Origin: an uncultured Vicinamibacteraceae bacterium
Lineage (GTDB): Bacteria; Planctomycetota; Phycisphaerae; Phycisphaerales; UBA5793
Direction of reading: 5' to 3'
Length of the DNA stretch: 64,000 bases
NCBI GenBank assembly: GCA_964585855.1
Contig: CAZPFK010000003.1
Coordinates: 22,092 to 86,091 of the forward strand
Position 1 is the stretch's first letter, and each line of letters starts with the position of its first letter. The translations under genes and the position numbers were made by a program. Of the stretch, positions 39,153 through 48,022 are shown one piece after another. The notes beneath the pieces are model-generated. The model saw only the letters and a list, made by a program, of their open reading frames with translations. It did no database searches and was not told where the DNA came from.

Positions 39153-40337
39153 ATGAAGTCCCTCGACGCACTTCTCCGACTTCACCCCGACCACTCCGGG
39201 GCATTGTGGATCGAACCCGATCTCGCTGTCATCGATTCTCTCGTGGGGCCGCAGGTTCTGCGCCTACTCGCCGATCACCGGCAACACCCGGTCGCAGTCG
39301 ATCCCGAACGTGTGCGAATCATCCTGGCCCCCGGCGCGGTTCCAGGGTATGGAGCGGCGGTTCGGGCGTTGGAGTCGATGCGCGCCTTTGCGGATGAGTA
39401 CGGCATCGCGGTGGTCGAGACCGATGAGCCCGAGTGTCTGGATTCGTGCTCTCCGCTGGCGGACGATTCGGGTGTAATCGCGGGGCGGGGGAGGGTCGTG
39501 ATCTCAGCATCCCGCCGTGGCTCGCCCCGACTGGCAGCCGACGGCGACCTCTGGATCGGCGTCGAGAGCGTCGATCTTGCCGCCTTCCTCGCATCGGGCC
39601 GGGTCTGGGTGGCGCCTCCCCCTGTTCTGGTCGTGCATCTGCATGGTCCGCCTCCCGGGGCGGAGGGCCCTGCCACCGTGCATGACGTCGCCGCCGTTGT
39701 ACGAGCCGCCCTCCCGACGGGGCCGGCCATTGTCCTCGTCGGCGTGAATGAGGCACTCTGGCCGCATCCCGACCGCCTCACCCTCGCCGCCCTCCTCCGG
39801 AACGACGACCGCACCGTGGTCATCAATCCGGCCCTGGCCGAGCAGCCGAGTCCGACAGTCCGGGTTGAGGTCGCAACGATCAGGCCTGTTGTGGAGGAAG
39901 CCGGGGTCGTCAGGCCGTTGGAGGATTGCCCGCCCCTGGCTGTGGATCGGGTCTACATCGGGTCCTGCACGACCGGAAGGGTGGATGACCTCCGTCCTGC
40001 TGCGGCTCTGCTCCACGGGGCAAAGGTGACGATACCTACGGTCATCTCCCCCGCCTCGGTTGCAGACTTTGAGTCGCTTCAAAGGGAGCGACTCGGGCCC
40101 GGGGGGCCGACCCTTGCGGAGGTCTTCGTTCAGTCCGGCTGCGACATCGGAATGCCCGGGTGCGGCTCCTGCGTCAATGCCCTGGGCGATACCTTCAGGC
40201 CCGGGACGCCGACGGAGTCGCTGACGGTGCTCACGACCGCGGCTGCATCGGTGGCAACGCGGAAGGCGGCGCGCGTTCTGACCGCATCTCCGATAACTGC
40301 CGCGCAAACTGCGTTGGCCGGCTCTGTTGGCCGCTGA
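39153..40337 (+). CDS. Divergent aconitase-superfamily protein (LeuC/HacA large-subunit-like)
   Basis: The C-terminal half keeps IGSCTTGRVDD, GMPGCGSCVNALGD and a VLTASPITAAQTALAGSV end, like isopropylmalate/homoaconitate dehydratase large subunits. The N-terminal half is poorly conserved. There is no adjacent small-subunit gene. Confidence 0.55.
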   Translation: MKSLDALLRLHPDHSGALWIEPDLAVIDSLVGPQVLRLLADHRQHPVAVDPERVRIILAPGAVPGYGAAVRALESMRAFADEYGIAVVETDEPECLDSCSPLADDSGVIAGRGRVVISASRRGSPRLAADGDLWIGVESVDLAAFLASGRVWVAPPPVLVVHLHGPPPGAEGPATVHDVAAVVRAALPTGPAIVLVGVNEALWPHPDRLTLAALLRNDDRTVVINPALAEQPSPTVRVEVATIRPVVEEAGVVRPLEDCPPLAVDRVYIGSCTTGRVDDLRPAAALLHGAKVTIPTVISPASVADFESLQRERLGPGGPTLAEVFVQSGCDIGMPGCGSCVNALGDTFRPGTPTESLTVLTTAAASVATRKAARVLTASPITAAQTALAGSVGR

Positions 40338-40403
40338 CCGGGACGCCCGCTGGCCGTTATACTCTCGGACCCGCCGGAAGGCGGATTTCTGGAGTCCGGC
40401 CGC

Positions 40404-41024
40404 GTGGATGAACGCAGCGACGAACAACTGGTCGAGGATTACCGCAACGGAGACGAGGCGGCCCTGGCCGAACTCATGCGCCGCTACGAGCGGGAATTGC
40501 TGGCATTTTTGATCCGGCTCATGGGGAACCGGGCCGCCGCCGAGGACGTCTTCCAGGACGCCTTTATCCAGATTCACCTCTCTTCAGACGCCTTTGACGT
40601 CAATCGCCGATTCAAACCCTGGCTTTTTACGATTGCCGCGAACAAGGGCCGAGACTACTTCCGTAAGAATGCCCGTCACACCTCTATGGTGGGGCTCTCC
40701 ACCCCGATTCGCGGCTCGGCGGAGTCGGGGCAGACAACTCGGCTGGTTGACCTCCTCGAGCTGGACACGGAAGAGGAGAGCGCGGGATTGTCGCAGGCGG
40801 AGCTACGGGATCGTGTCCGCCACATCATTGACGAGTTACCCCGGCACATGCGGGAGATTCTGCTGCTGGCCTACTTCCAACGAATGAGTTACAACCAGAT
40901 GGCCGACTCGCTGGGCATTCCGCTCGGCACCGTCAAGAGCCGGCTGCACTCCGCGGTGGCGACCTTCGGCCAGCGATGGCGCGAACTTCAACACGGAGAC
41001 AATGGGGAGTTGAACGAACGATGA
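40404..41024 (+). CDS. ECF-type RNA polymerase sigma-70 factor
   Basis: Region 2 is EDVFQDAFIQIHL...FKPWLFTIAANKGRDYFRK and region 4 is EILLLAYFQRMSYNQMADSLGIPLGTVKSRLH. Confidence 0.9.
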   Translation: MDERSDEQLVEDYRNGDEAALAELMRRYERELLAFLIRLMGNRAAAEDVFQDAFIQIHLSSDAFDVNRRFKPWLFTIAANKGRDYFRKNARHTSMVGLSTPIRGSAESGQTTRLVDLLELDTEEESAGLSQAELRDRVRHIIDELPRHMREILLLAYFQRMSYNQMADSLGIPLGTVKSRLHSAVATFGQRWRELQHGDNGELNER

Positions 41025-41992
41025 CTGACATGGACCGCGACACACCCTGTACACTCTGCCCGGCAGACGTCGCCGCACTGGATGCGCTCGTCGAAGCCGG
41101 GTTTGAACCGCACCCCTCGAATGCAGTAGATCCTCGCCGCATGCATCGCATTCTTGATCTGCTGAGCAACGTTGACGTCGCTGACGATGAACTCACCGGG
41201 CTTTCCCTGCTGCGCCGCCGAACGCTGGAAGCCGTGGCTGCGATGGGCCGTGAGGCGCGGCGCGCTGCAATCATCGGACTCGAAGACACTCGCCGATTTG
41301 TCCTGCCCAGCTTCGGCTGGCGCGAGCCGGCCCTGGCGGCCGCCTCCGTCGTGCTGCTGGTCAGCGTTGTCGGACCGCTGATGGCCGGCAGCGAAGTCTC
41401 CGCCCGCTCCTATGCCTGCCGCCAGAACCTGATGACCTCCGCCCACGGTTTCACGCAGTATGCCGCCGACCATCGTGGCGCGCTGCCGGTGGCGCTTGAG
41501 GCCCGGGATGATCGCGACTGGCTCCGGACGCGCGACAACTCCGCCAATCTCTTCGTCCTGCCCAGGGAGGGCTACGTCTCGCTGGCCTCGCTGACCTGCC
41601 CGGAGAATCCCCGAGCCTGTTCCAAGGATGAGGCGCTGCGGGACCGCAACTGGTCCTGCATCGAGGAAATCAGCTTCAGCTACCAGAACGTCCTCTGCGC
41701 TAACCGACCCTCATGGAGTGACGGCCCCGCCGTCCCCGTCCTGGGCGATCGCAACCCCGTTGTTGACGGCATCCTGGCCGGCCGCGACGTCATCGGAAAC
41801 ACGAACTCCTTCTCCCATCGCCTCCTGGGCCAGAACGTGCTCTTCACCGACGGGCATGTGGAGTGGCTGGATTCGCCGCGCATCGGGTCAGACAACATCT
41901 GGCTGCCCGAGGGCATGGACTGCTCACAGAAGGCCATGCTCAAGGGCTCCGAAACCCCCGCCCGCGCCCACGACGCCATGCTGATTCACTGA
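41021..41992 (+). CDS. Putative anti-sigma factor: N-terminal cytoplasmic segment, one TM helix and a C-terminal DUF1559-like (H-X-DG) domain
   Basis: The ATG at 41021 overlaps the sigma factor stop (ATGA). The TM helix is ALAAASVVLLVSVVGPLMAG. After it, ARSYACRQNLMTSAHGFTQYAADHRGALP and FSHRLLGQNVLFTDGHVEWL mirror DUF1559 proteins, but the prepilin leader is missing. Confidence 0.6.
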   Translation: MTDMDRDTPCTLCPADVAALDALVEAGFEPHPSNAVDPRRMHRILDLLSNVDVADDELTGLSLLRRRTLEAVAAMGREARRAAIIGLEDTRRFVLPSFGWREPALAAASVVLLVSVVGPLMAGSEVSARSYACRQNLMTSAHGFTQYAADHRGALPVALEARDDRDWLRTRDNSANLFVLPREGYVSLASLTCPENPRACSKDEALRDRNWSCIEEISFSYQNVLCANRPSWSDGPAVPVLGDRNPVVDGILAGRDVIGNTNSFSHRLLGQNVLFTDGHVEWLDSPRIGSDNIWLPEGMDCSQKAMLKGSETPARAHDAMLIH

Positions 41993-42083
41993 GGCGGCCG
42001 ATCGCCCCTCAATGCGCTGATTCCACGGTGCCTGAGGCCTATCCTTCCGCCCAGCAGCACAGAAGCAGGACAGGATCGACCCC

Positions 42084-42635
42084 ATGGGATGGATCGAAAA
42101 CCGCTTTGAAGAGAACCTGATCATCACCAGCGTCGACTGGGCGGTGAACTGGGCCCGCAAGTCCAGCATCTGGCCTATGACCTTCGGCCTGGCCTGTTGC
42201 GCCATCGAGATGATGGCCTTCGCCGCCGCCCGCTACGACGTCGATCGCTTCGGGGCCGGCGCCTTCCGTGCCACGCCCCGCCAGGCAGATCTCATGATCG
42301 TCGCCGGCACGGTGACCTACAAGATGGCCTCGCGGGTCCGCCGGTTGTACGAGCAGATGCCCGACCCCAAGTACGTCATCGCAATGGGGGCCTGCACCGT
42401 CGGCGGCGGCCCGTACTTCAAGTACGGCTACCACGTCGTCAAGGGCGTTGACCTCGTCGTGCCCGTGGACGTGTACGTGCCCGGCTGCCCGCCGCGTCCG
42501 GAGGCACTTCTTGAGGGGTTGATGCGGCTTCAGGACAAGATCACGGCCCAGACGATCGCCCTGCCGAAGGGCTCCCGCAAGGCGGCTCGGGAGTACGACA
42601 TTCCCGTCCCGGCCCCCGCAGCAGCGGTGTCGTAG
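42084..42635 (+). CDS. nuoB: NADH-quinone oxidoreductase subunit B
   Basis: [17 protein letters not shown], ...[11 protein letters not shown]... and [12 protein letters not shown] are the N2 cluster ligand motifs. No other nuo genes flank it. Confidence 0.93.
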   Translation: MGWIENRFEENLIITSVDWAVNWARKSSIWPMTFGLACCAIEMMAFAAARYDVDRFGAGAFRATPRQADLMIVAGTVTYKMASRVRRLYEQMPDPKYVIAMGACTVGGGPYFKYGYHVVKGVDLVVPVDVYVPGCPPRPEALLEGLMRLQDKITAQTIALPKGSRKAAREYDIPVPAPAAAVS

Positions 42636-42747
42636 GATCGGCTGGCTTTACATTCTTGTGGAATCAAGCTTTCCCACGGCGTTGTGCTCGTTGGCAGCCG
42701 TCGAAGAACTCGATTGGAATAGGTCTCATTGAGTCCCCGTCGCGCGT

Positions 42748-44079
42748 TTACCGTCGAGTGGTCTTTGCGTACTCTGCAAGCTTCTTGAATTGTTCATGGA
42801 CAACTCCGTTGGGAGGAGATCCAACGGCAGTATGATTTGCATAGATTGCTACGGTGTCGAAAATCGGGTGCTGAAACTGATACGCGCCGCCATAGATTGC
42901 CCACCGGAAACCGTATTCATGCATCAGGTCATATTGCTTTCGCATGATGTCTGTTTCCAACGGAGCTGTCTTGATAAACTCGTTCCACTCTTTCGCGGAG
43001 AGTTTATTCGCATACGCATTTCGGATTACTTCACCGTTTCGGAGCCCCCGATACCTCGCCTGATTCTCTGCGGGTTCATATAGCCAATCTTTCAGGGCAT
43101 GAGCCGGTGACCATTCAAGCGTGAGCAACGGCATTTCTGTCCGTTGTCTGACGTACTTGAGGATCTCACGCATGTCCTCTATAGATGCAATGTGAAGGTG
43201 AACATCGAGGTAGTCGCAATACTCTTCTGAGAACTCGATCAACTCGTCCACAAATCTGCGTTTGGTTTCATTTGCGGATCGGTTAGTGGCCATTGCAAGC
43301 GTCACTCCGTCAGACAGGGCTGGAGAAATAATCGCCAGGTGCCTGTACTCGGGAGCGCTTTCTCGAATTTCACGTGCAAGCTTCGCCAGTTCCTTGTACC
43401 AGTCGATAGCGGGACTGGGCTGGCCTGCCGCAGCAGGCGTCATCACGGTTTCTTCAAGCGCACCAGGGCCTCCGGTTACCTCATTGGCCAGACTGAACCC
43501 TGAAATATAAGGCCCGGCTTTGAGCAGAAACTGCCGTGTGAGTGCAAGCTTTCTTGCTTGATCGGAGTGGTTCGGAATCACATCGATATCAGCCTTGCCT
43601 TTGAGGTTTTCGCCCGCAGTGTACCTGATCGTAATAATTACTTGAATGCCTCGTGCATGAAGAGATCGGAGCTTTCTAAGCATCTCGGGATCTTGAGTCG
43701 ACCCGTCTCGATTTCGAGCTGCTTCCAGCTGATAGTCCTTCAGGATGACTCGGAATGCTTCAATACCCGTATCTGCTATTATGCGTTCATCCAGCGCGCC
43801 ATGCAGGCCGAGAATCGGCGCACCCGCCCATTGTTCATTGCTCTCACCCGAAGAAGCCTCCCCCGATTGCCTTTGCTGTGGGCGCGCGTCCTGGACAGGT
43901 TCTGCTCGCTCTCGCTTCTCCCGCTTCCCCGGCATCAGATGAACAGATTCTAAACGGTACCCGGGTGCATGCTGGCCTATTGATGAGCTGGCAATGACAG
44001 GTCCGGACCCCCCAGCGGCTGCAAGTACGCCAATGAGAATAAAAAGAATGACCGCCGCGCCGATAACTGAGCGAGTCAT
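42748..44079 (-). CDS. Membrane-anchored hypothetical protein, possibly a clan GH-A (TIM-barrel) glycoside hydrolase
   Basis: It has an N-terminal anchor helix. A candidate acid/base motif FSLANEV and a candidate nucleophile motif PLLTLEWS lie ~120 aa apart, as in GH5-like enzymes. Local G+C is about 50%. This is a pattern-level call only. Confidence 0.35.
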   Translation of the reverse strand: MTRSVIGAAVILFILIGVLAAAGGSGPVIASSSIGQHAPGYRLESVHLMPGKREKRERAEPVQDARPQQRQSGEASSGESNEQWAGAPILGLHGALDERIIADTGIEAFRVILKDYQLEAARNRDGSTQDPEMLRKLRSLHARGIQVIITIRYTAGENLKGKADIDVIPNHSDQARKLALTRQFLLKAGPYISGFSLANEVTGGPGALEETVMTPAAAGQPSPAIDWYKELAKLAREIRESAPEYRHLAIISPALSDGVTLAMATNRSANETKRRFVDELIEFSEEYCDYLDVHLHIASIEDMREILKYVRQRTEMPLLTLEWSPAHALKDWLYEPAENQARYRGLRNGEVIRNAYANKLSAKEWNEFIKTAPLETDIMRKQYDLMHEYGFRWAIYGGAYQFQHPIFDTVAIYANHTAVGSPPNGVVHEQFKKLAEYAKTTRR

Positions 44080-44099
44080 ATATGTCCTCCCGATACTTC

Positions 44100-44128
44100 G
44101 AACTGAATCCGGAGCCCTGATTCAGTTC
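44100..44128. repeat. Perfect 10-bp inverted repeat (hairpin) between two minus-strand genes
   Basis: GAACTGAATC - 9 nt - GATTCAGTTC. On the plus strand it is followed by ATTTTGT. It may be a terminator for the upstream dus-GT2-membrane operon. There is no clean U-tract on the minus strand. Confidence 0.3.
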
Positions 44129-44176
44129 ATTTTGTGATAAGCATTGCGCCGGACCACGATAGACGGCGCTCATCTG

Positions 44177-45172
44177 TCATCCTTTGTGAGTATAGACGGT
44201 ACGGCCCGCTCGAGATTCCCGGCAGCCTGCCTTCTCCCGCCACTTCCGCCACATCCACACCAGACCGACCACGCCTGTCGGCACGAAGATCAAAGCCTCC
44301 GCCGAACGGTCGATCAATGCCGCAAGGGCTGACCAGGCCTCGATTTGCGCCGCATCCGCCCCGGCCAGCTCCGGAGTCACGAAATACGGCGCCGCCAGCG
44401 CCACCCCCGCCTCTCGAAATCCCAGCGTGCCGGCAGGCAGCAGACTCGTCACCATGCTCACCAGCGCCAGGTACACCGTGTCGCGCGCGCTCAGATCAAT
44501 TCCCGCAATCGCAAAGGCCGCATACAGCCGGCCGGCGTAGGCGGCAGTATCCACGATTCGCAGCCCCATGCACAGCGCCATCGTCGGCCTGTGACGGGTC
44601 AGTTCCGTTGCCGGGCGGATGCGTCCGGGCAGTAGCCGATGATTCGACAGCCAGACCAGCAGGATCGTCGGCGCCGCCAGCAGAGCCAGCAGCAGCAGCG
44701 CCCACGCGATGTCAACCTGCGGCCGAAGAAGTGTGGCCGCAAGCATTGCACCCAGGGCGGTGAACATCAGGATCGCCACCGCTCCGTACCAGGCGAGCAG
44801 GTGCAGGTACGACATGTCGTCAACCCGGCGATGGTGTGCCAGCCGTGTGACCATTCCCAGTCGAACCGGTGCATAGTTGAGGAGATTGACGACAAAGTTC
44901 ACAAGATGCACTTCGGCAAAGGGAAGCCGGCGAACAGGGCGAATCAGCAGCCAGAACATCGTTCCGTTCGCCCCGACGCTGACCAGCGAACACAGCAGAA
45001 GCGTCATCACCTGCCCGGCGCTCGCTTCGCGAAGTTGCGAGAGGTCGCTGCCGCCGACCGCCCGCCGGATGCACCAGACAAGCAGAGCGACTCCGATCAG
45101 AAACATCGAAACCTGGAAGGCCCGGTTTCCGAGTCCTGCGGCGACTGCGGTGCGTGCAGGAGACTCATTCAT
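44177..45172 (-). CDS. Polytopic membrane protein, lysylphosphatidylglycerol-synthase-TM/flippase-like (UPF0104) family (putative)
   Basis: About 8 hydrophobic helices. It overlaps the end of the upstream GT2 gene by 8 nt, a common pairing for this family. Confidence 0.45.
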   Translation of the reverse strand: MNESPARTAVAAGLGNRAFQVSMFLIGVALLVWCIRRAVGGSDLSQLREASAGQVMTLLLCSLVSVGANGTMFWLLIRPVRRLPFAEVHLVNFVVNLLNYAPVRLGMVTRLAHHRRVDDMSYLHLLAWYGAVAILMFTALGAMLAATLLRPQVDIAWALLLLALLAAPTILLVWLSNHRLLPGRIRPATELTRHRPTMALCMGLRIVDTAAYAGRLYAAFAIAGIDLSARDTVYLALVSMVTSLLPAGTLGFREAGVALAAPYFVTPELAGADAAQIEAWSALAALIDRSAEALIFVPTGVVGLVWMWRKWREKAGCRESRAGRTVYTHKG

Positions 45173-45962
45173 GGCCGGGCGCCGTGCTCGGCCTGGCCGT
45201 CATCGTCGCGCTGCGCAGCGGCGGGGACTTCCGCTCCCGGCGGATCACCGTCAGCGCGTGCAGACCGTCACGCCACTTGATCTTCTTGCCTCGGCGGTAC
45301 GAACGCGGCCGGTAGGAGATCGGAACCTCAACGATCGGCTCTCCCCTTCGCCCCAACAGCGCCGTAATCTGCGGTTCAATGCCGAATCCCGTCTCGGTCA
45401 GATGAGGATGGATCGCCCGCAGCACCTCGACGGTCATCATCTTGTAGCACGTCTCCATGTCCGTCAGCCGGTAGCCCGTCGCCCGGTTCGACATCGCCGT
45501 CAACACCCGGTTGCCCCACGCATGCACCCTGGCGCGCCAGTGCTTCGGCGGATAGTGCGGGCCGAACCGCGAACCGTAGACAACGCGCGATGCCCTCTCT
45601 CTGATCGGCTCCAGGAGCTTTTCGAGGTCAGCCGGGTCATACTCCAGATCGGCATCGTGAATGACGACGGCGTCGTCGCGCCGGGCAGTCGGATCGCTCA
45701 GGATGTGATCGAACCCCGATCGCAGCGCGCCCCCCTTGCCCCGATTCCGTTCATGGCGGATGAGGATGAAATCCCGCTGCGCCGACTGTGACTCAAGAAT
45801 CTGCGCCGTCCCGTCGCTCGAAGCATCGTCGACGATGATGATGCGACGGCGAACGTCGGCCGGCACCCGGGACTCAAAGAGCCGGTCAAGGCATGCTTCC
45901 AGCGCCCCGGCTTCATTGAAGACAGGCATGACGACCCACAGAGTCATGGCCTCATCGTTCAC
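45165..45962 (-). CDS. Glycosyltransferase family 2 (polyprenyl-phosphate glycosyltransferase-like)
   Basis: VVMPVFNEAGALEACL, IIIVDDASSDGT and the HDADLEYDP motif are present. Confidence 0.85.
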   Translation of the reverse strand: MNDEAMTLWVVMPVFNEAGALEACLDRLFESRVPADVRRRIIIVDDASSDGTAQILESQSAQRDFILIRHERNRGKGGALRSGFDHILSDPTARRDDAVVIHDADLEYDPADLEKLLEPIRERASRVVYGSRFGPHYPPKHWRARVHAWGNRVLTAMSNRATGYRLTDMETCYKMMTVEVLRAIHPHLTETGFGIEPQITALLGRRGEPIVEVPISYRPRSYRRGKKIKWRDGLHALTVIRRERKSPPLRSATMTARPSTAPGHE

Positions 45963-47122
45963 GAGCGGAAAGCGCCGACGGCCCCTCCGACGGCGATCTC
46001 CGCCGAACCATCATCGGGTGATTCCCCGTAAAAGGCATCCAGCACGGCGTGCCACTCCGCAAGCGTCGTCACGCGCACGAAGGCCATTTTCACCTCCTCC
46101 TCCCGGGGATGATGCCGGCTGAACTTGATGCCGAACTTCCGCATCAGGCGACCCGCCTGCTTCTCGCCGTTGACGGCGCAACACAGGTCGAAGTGCTGCC
46201 GCAGCGCCTCCCGCTGCTGAGCGATCGTCGGGGCCGTCGGGGTCGTCCCGGCTGCGATCTGCCGGGCCTGCGTGAAGATCCACGGATTGCCGATGCACCC
46301 GCGCGCCACTGAGACGGCGTGCACGCCCGTGAAGCGGCGCATCCTGAAGATGTCCATCGCCTCCCAGATATCCCCGCTCCCGAAGATCAACCGGTCGGGA
46401 TACCGTGACACAAGATCGCGCAGGAACTCCCACCGGCTCGGGCCGATGTATTTCTGCTCCACGGTGCGTCCGTGGACGGTCGCCCAGGCATATCCGAGTT
46501 CGTAGGCGCCGTCGAAGATCCGCTCGAAGTTCAGGGCCGCTTCCGGTGAGTCATCCGAGCCGCGCCGAAGCTTCAGCGTCGTCGGGATCGAGTGTGGGAC
46601 CGCCTCGCGAACCGCCCGCAGCACCTCGAGCGCATCGGCCGGATGGGCCAGAAAGTGTCCTCCGCGGCATTTGCGCGCAATTTTCCGCACCGGACAGGCC
46701 AGGTTGACATCGATAACGTCGTACCCCATCTCCGACAGCAGCGCCGCCGACTGCGCCATCTCGCCCGGCTCGGTTCCCATGATCTGCCCGGCCAGCGGAT
46801 GATCCTCAGCGCCGCCGGGCACGTTGTCGGCGAGCACCTCAAGGTCGGCCCGCTCAAGACCCTTGCCCCCGGAGAGCAGAATGCGGTCGAGCATCGCTTC
46901 GGTGATGCAGTACGGGCAGCCGTGCCGCCGCGCGATCAGCCGCATCGCCGCATCGGAGTATCCCGCTAGACCGGCCTGGAAGAAGGGGGCATCGAAACCG
47001 GGCAGCAGGGCGGTGATGCGAGGATCGACCTCGGACAGGCGCGCCATCTCCTGCGGCGAGGGGTCGCCGGCCAGCGCGCCGGGCGTGGTCCCGGGATCGG
47101 TCTGGGTCAATGATTCCGCCAT
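45959..47122 (-). CDS. tRNA-dihydrouridine synthase
   Basis: AGLAGYSDAAMRLIARRHG and DVNLACPVRKIARKCRGG (catalytic Cys region) are present. The ATG at 47122 shares the CATG with the divergent gene start at 47121, so the true start may be the Met at 47044 (MARLSEVDP...). Confidence 0.85.
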   Translation of the reverse strand: MAESLTQTDPGTTPGALAGDPSPQEMARLSEVDPRITALLPGFDAPFFQAGLAGYSDAAMRLIARRHGCPYCITEAMLDRILLSGGKGLERADLEVLADNVPGGAEDHPLAGQIMGTEPGEMAQSAALLSEMGYDVIDVNLACPVRKIARKCRGGHFLAHPADALEVLRAVREAVPHSIPTTLKLRRGSDDSPEAALNFERIFDGAYELGYAWATVHGRTVEQKYIGPSRWEFLRDLVSRYPDRLIFGSGDIWEAMDIFRMRRFTGVHAVSVARGCIGNPWIFTQARQIAAGTTPTAPTIAQQREALRQHFDLCCAVNGEKQAGRLMRKFGIKFSRHHPREEEVKMAFVRVTTLAEWHAVLDAFYGESPDDGSAEIAVGGAVGAFRS

Positions 47123-47546
47123 GCTGAGATCATCGTACCGCGCATTCCTGCTCAGTGCATCCGCTGCCGCCCTGGCCGGCTGCGCTTCGCAGTCGAATCT
47201 TTCCTCAGACCACGCGGGTCGGCCCTATCCCTACGGCGCCGCCGTGGTGGATGTGCAGCAGGTGCAGGTCTTCCGCGACGGCACCTCGATCGATCTGGTC
47301 AACCACTCGCCCCGCTCCTATGAGAACTTCGACCTCTGGCTCAACGAGCGATTTCTGCGGCGGGTCGATTCGCTGCCCGTCGGCGGGGCACTCACGCTCC
47401 GCCTTGACGAGTTCGTCGATGAATACGGCGACTCCTTCCGCGCCGGGGGATTGCTGGCAACCTACCGGCCCGATCCGGTCGTCAAGGCCGAGATCGAGAC
47501 CGCCGAGGGCATGATCGAACTGCTCGTCATTCCGCAGGAGCCGTGA
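47121..47546 (+). CDS. Putative lipoprotein, unknown function
   Basis: MLRSSYRAFLLSASAAALAGCASQ contains a lipobox (LAGC). The Met lies inside the longer track ORF. Confidence 0.55.
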   Translation: MLRSSYRAFLLSASAAALAGCASQSNLSSDHAGRPYPYGAAVVDVQQVQVFRDGTSIDLVNHSPRSYENFDLWLNERFLRRVDSLPVGGALTLRLDEFVDEYGDSFRAGGLLATYRPDPVVKAEIETAEGMIELLVIPQEP

Positions 47547-47982
47547 GACACGGGCGCGGCGCAAGCTCCAGTTCGGCCTCGAAAGTCGCCCCGGCGGGAA
47601 TCTGCACGCTGCTGGCACGCATGAGCCCGGCGAAGGCTGCCTTTGGCTTCATTTCAACATGGCCCCGGACATTGGCCTCGCCGTTGAGCCGGCCCGCAAG
47701 GTACAGCGAGCCGCAGTTGATCTGTCCGTAGACAAGGCCTCGGGACAGGACGCGGGCATCGCCCAGCGTCGAAACCGAACTGTTGGCAACACAGTTGAAG
47801 ACTGCATCCTCAAGGCGCATCGGCGCGGTGCAGCGTGAGCATCGGGCGCTGATGGCCCGTCGGGCCACCTCGACACTCGCCCCGCAGTGGGGGCATCGGA
47901 CGGTGCGCGTCGGCAGGCCGAAACGGAATCGCCCGTCATCCTCGGCAGTGGTGTGGTCGGCTTTGCGCCATCCCCGGAGCAT
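47527..47982 (-). CDS. Bactofilin-like (polymer-forming cytoskeletal) protein with an N-terminal zinc-ribbon
   Basis: CPHCG...CSRC is followed by beta-helix-type repeats (VLSRGLVYGQINCGSLYLAGRLNGEANVRGHVEM...). Confidence 0.6.
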   Translation of the reverse strand: MLRGWRKADHTTAEDDGRFRFGLPTRTVRCPHCGASVEVARRAISARCSRCTAPMRLEDAVFNCVANSSVSTLGDARVLSRGLVYGQINCGSLYLAGRLNGEANVRGHVEMKPKAAFAGLMRASSVQIPAGATFEAELELAPRPCLTAPAE

Positions 47983-48022
47983 GGTGCGTCGAGACTCCCT
48001 GCGATCCTCGACCCCTCACGCT

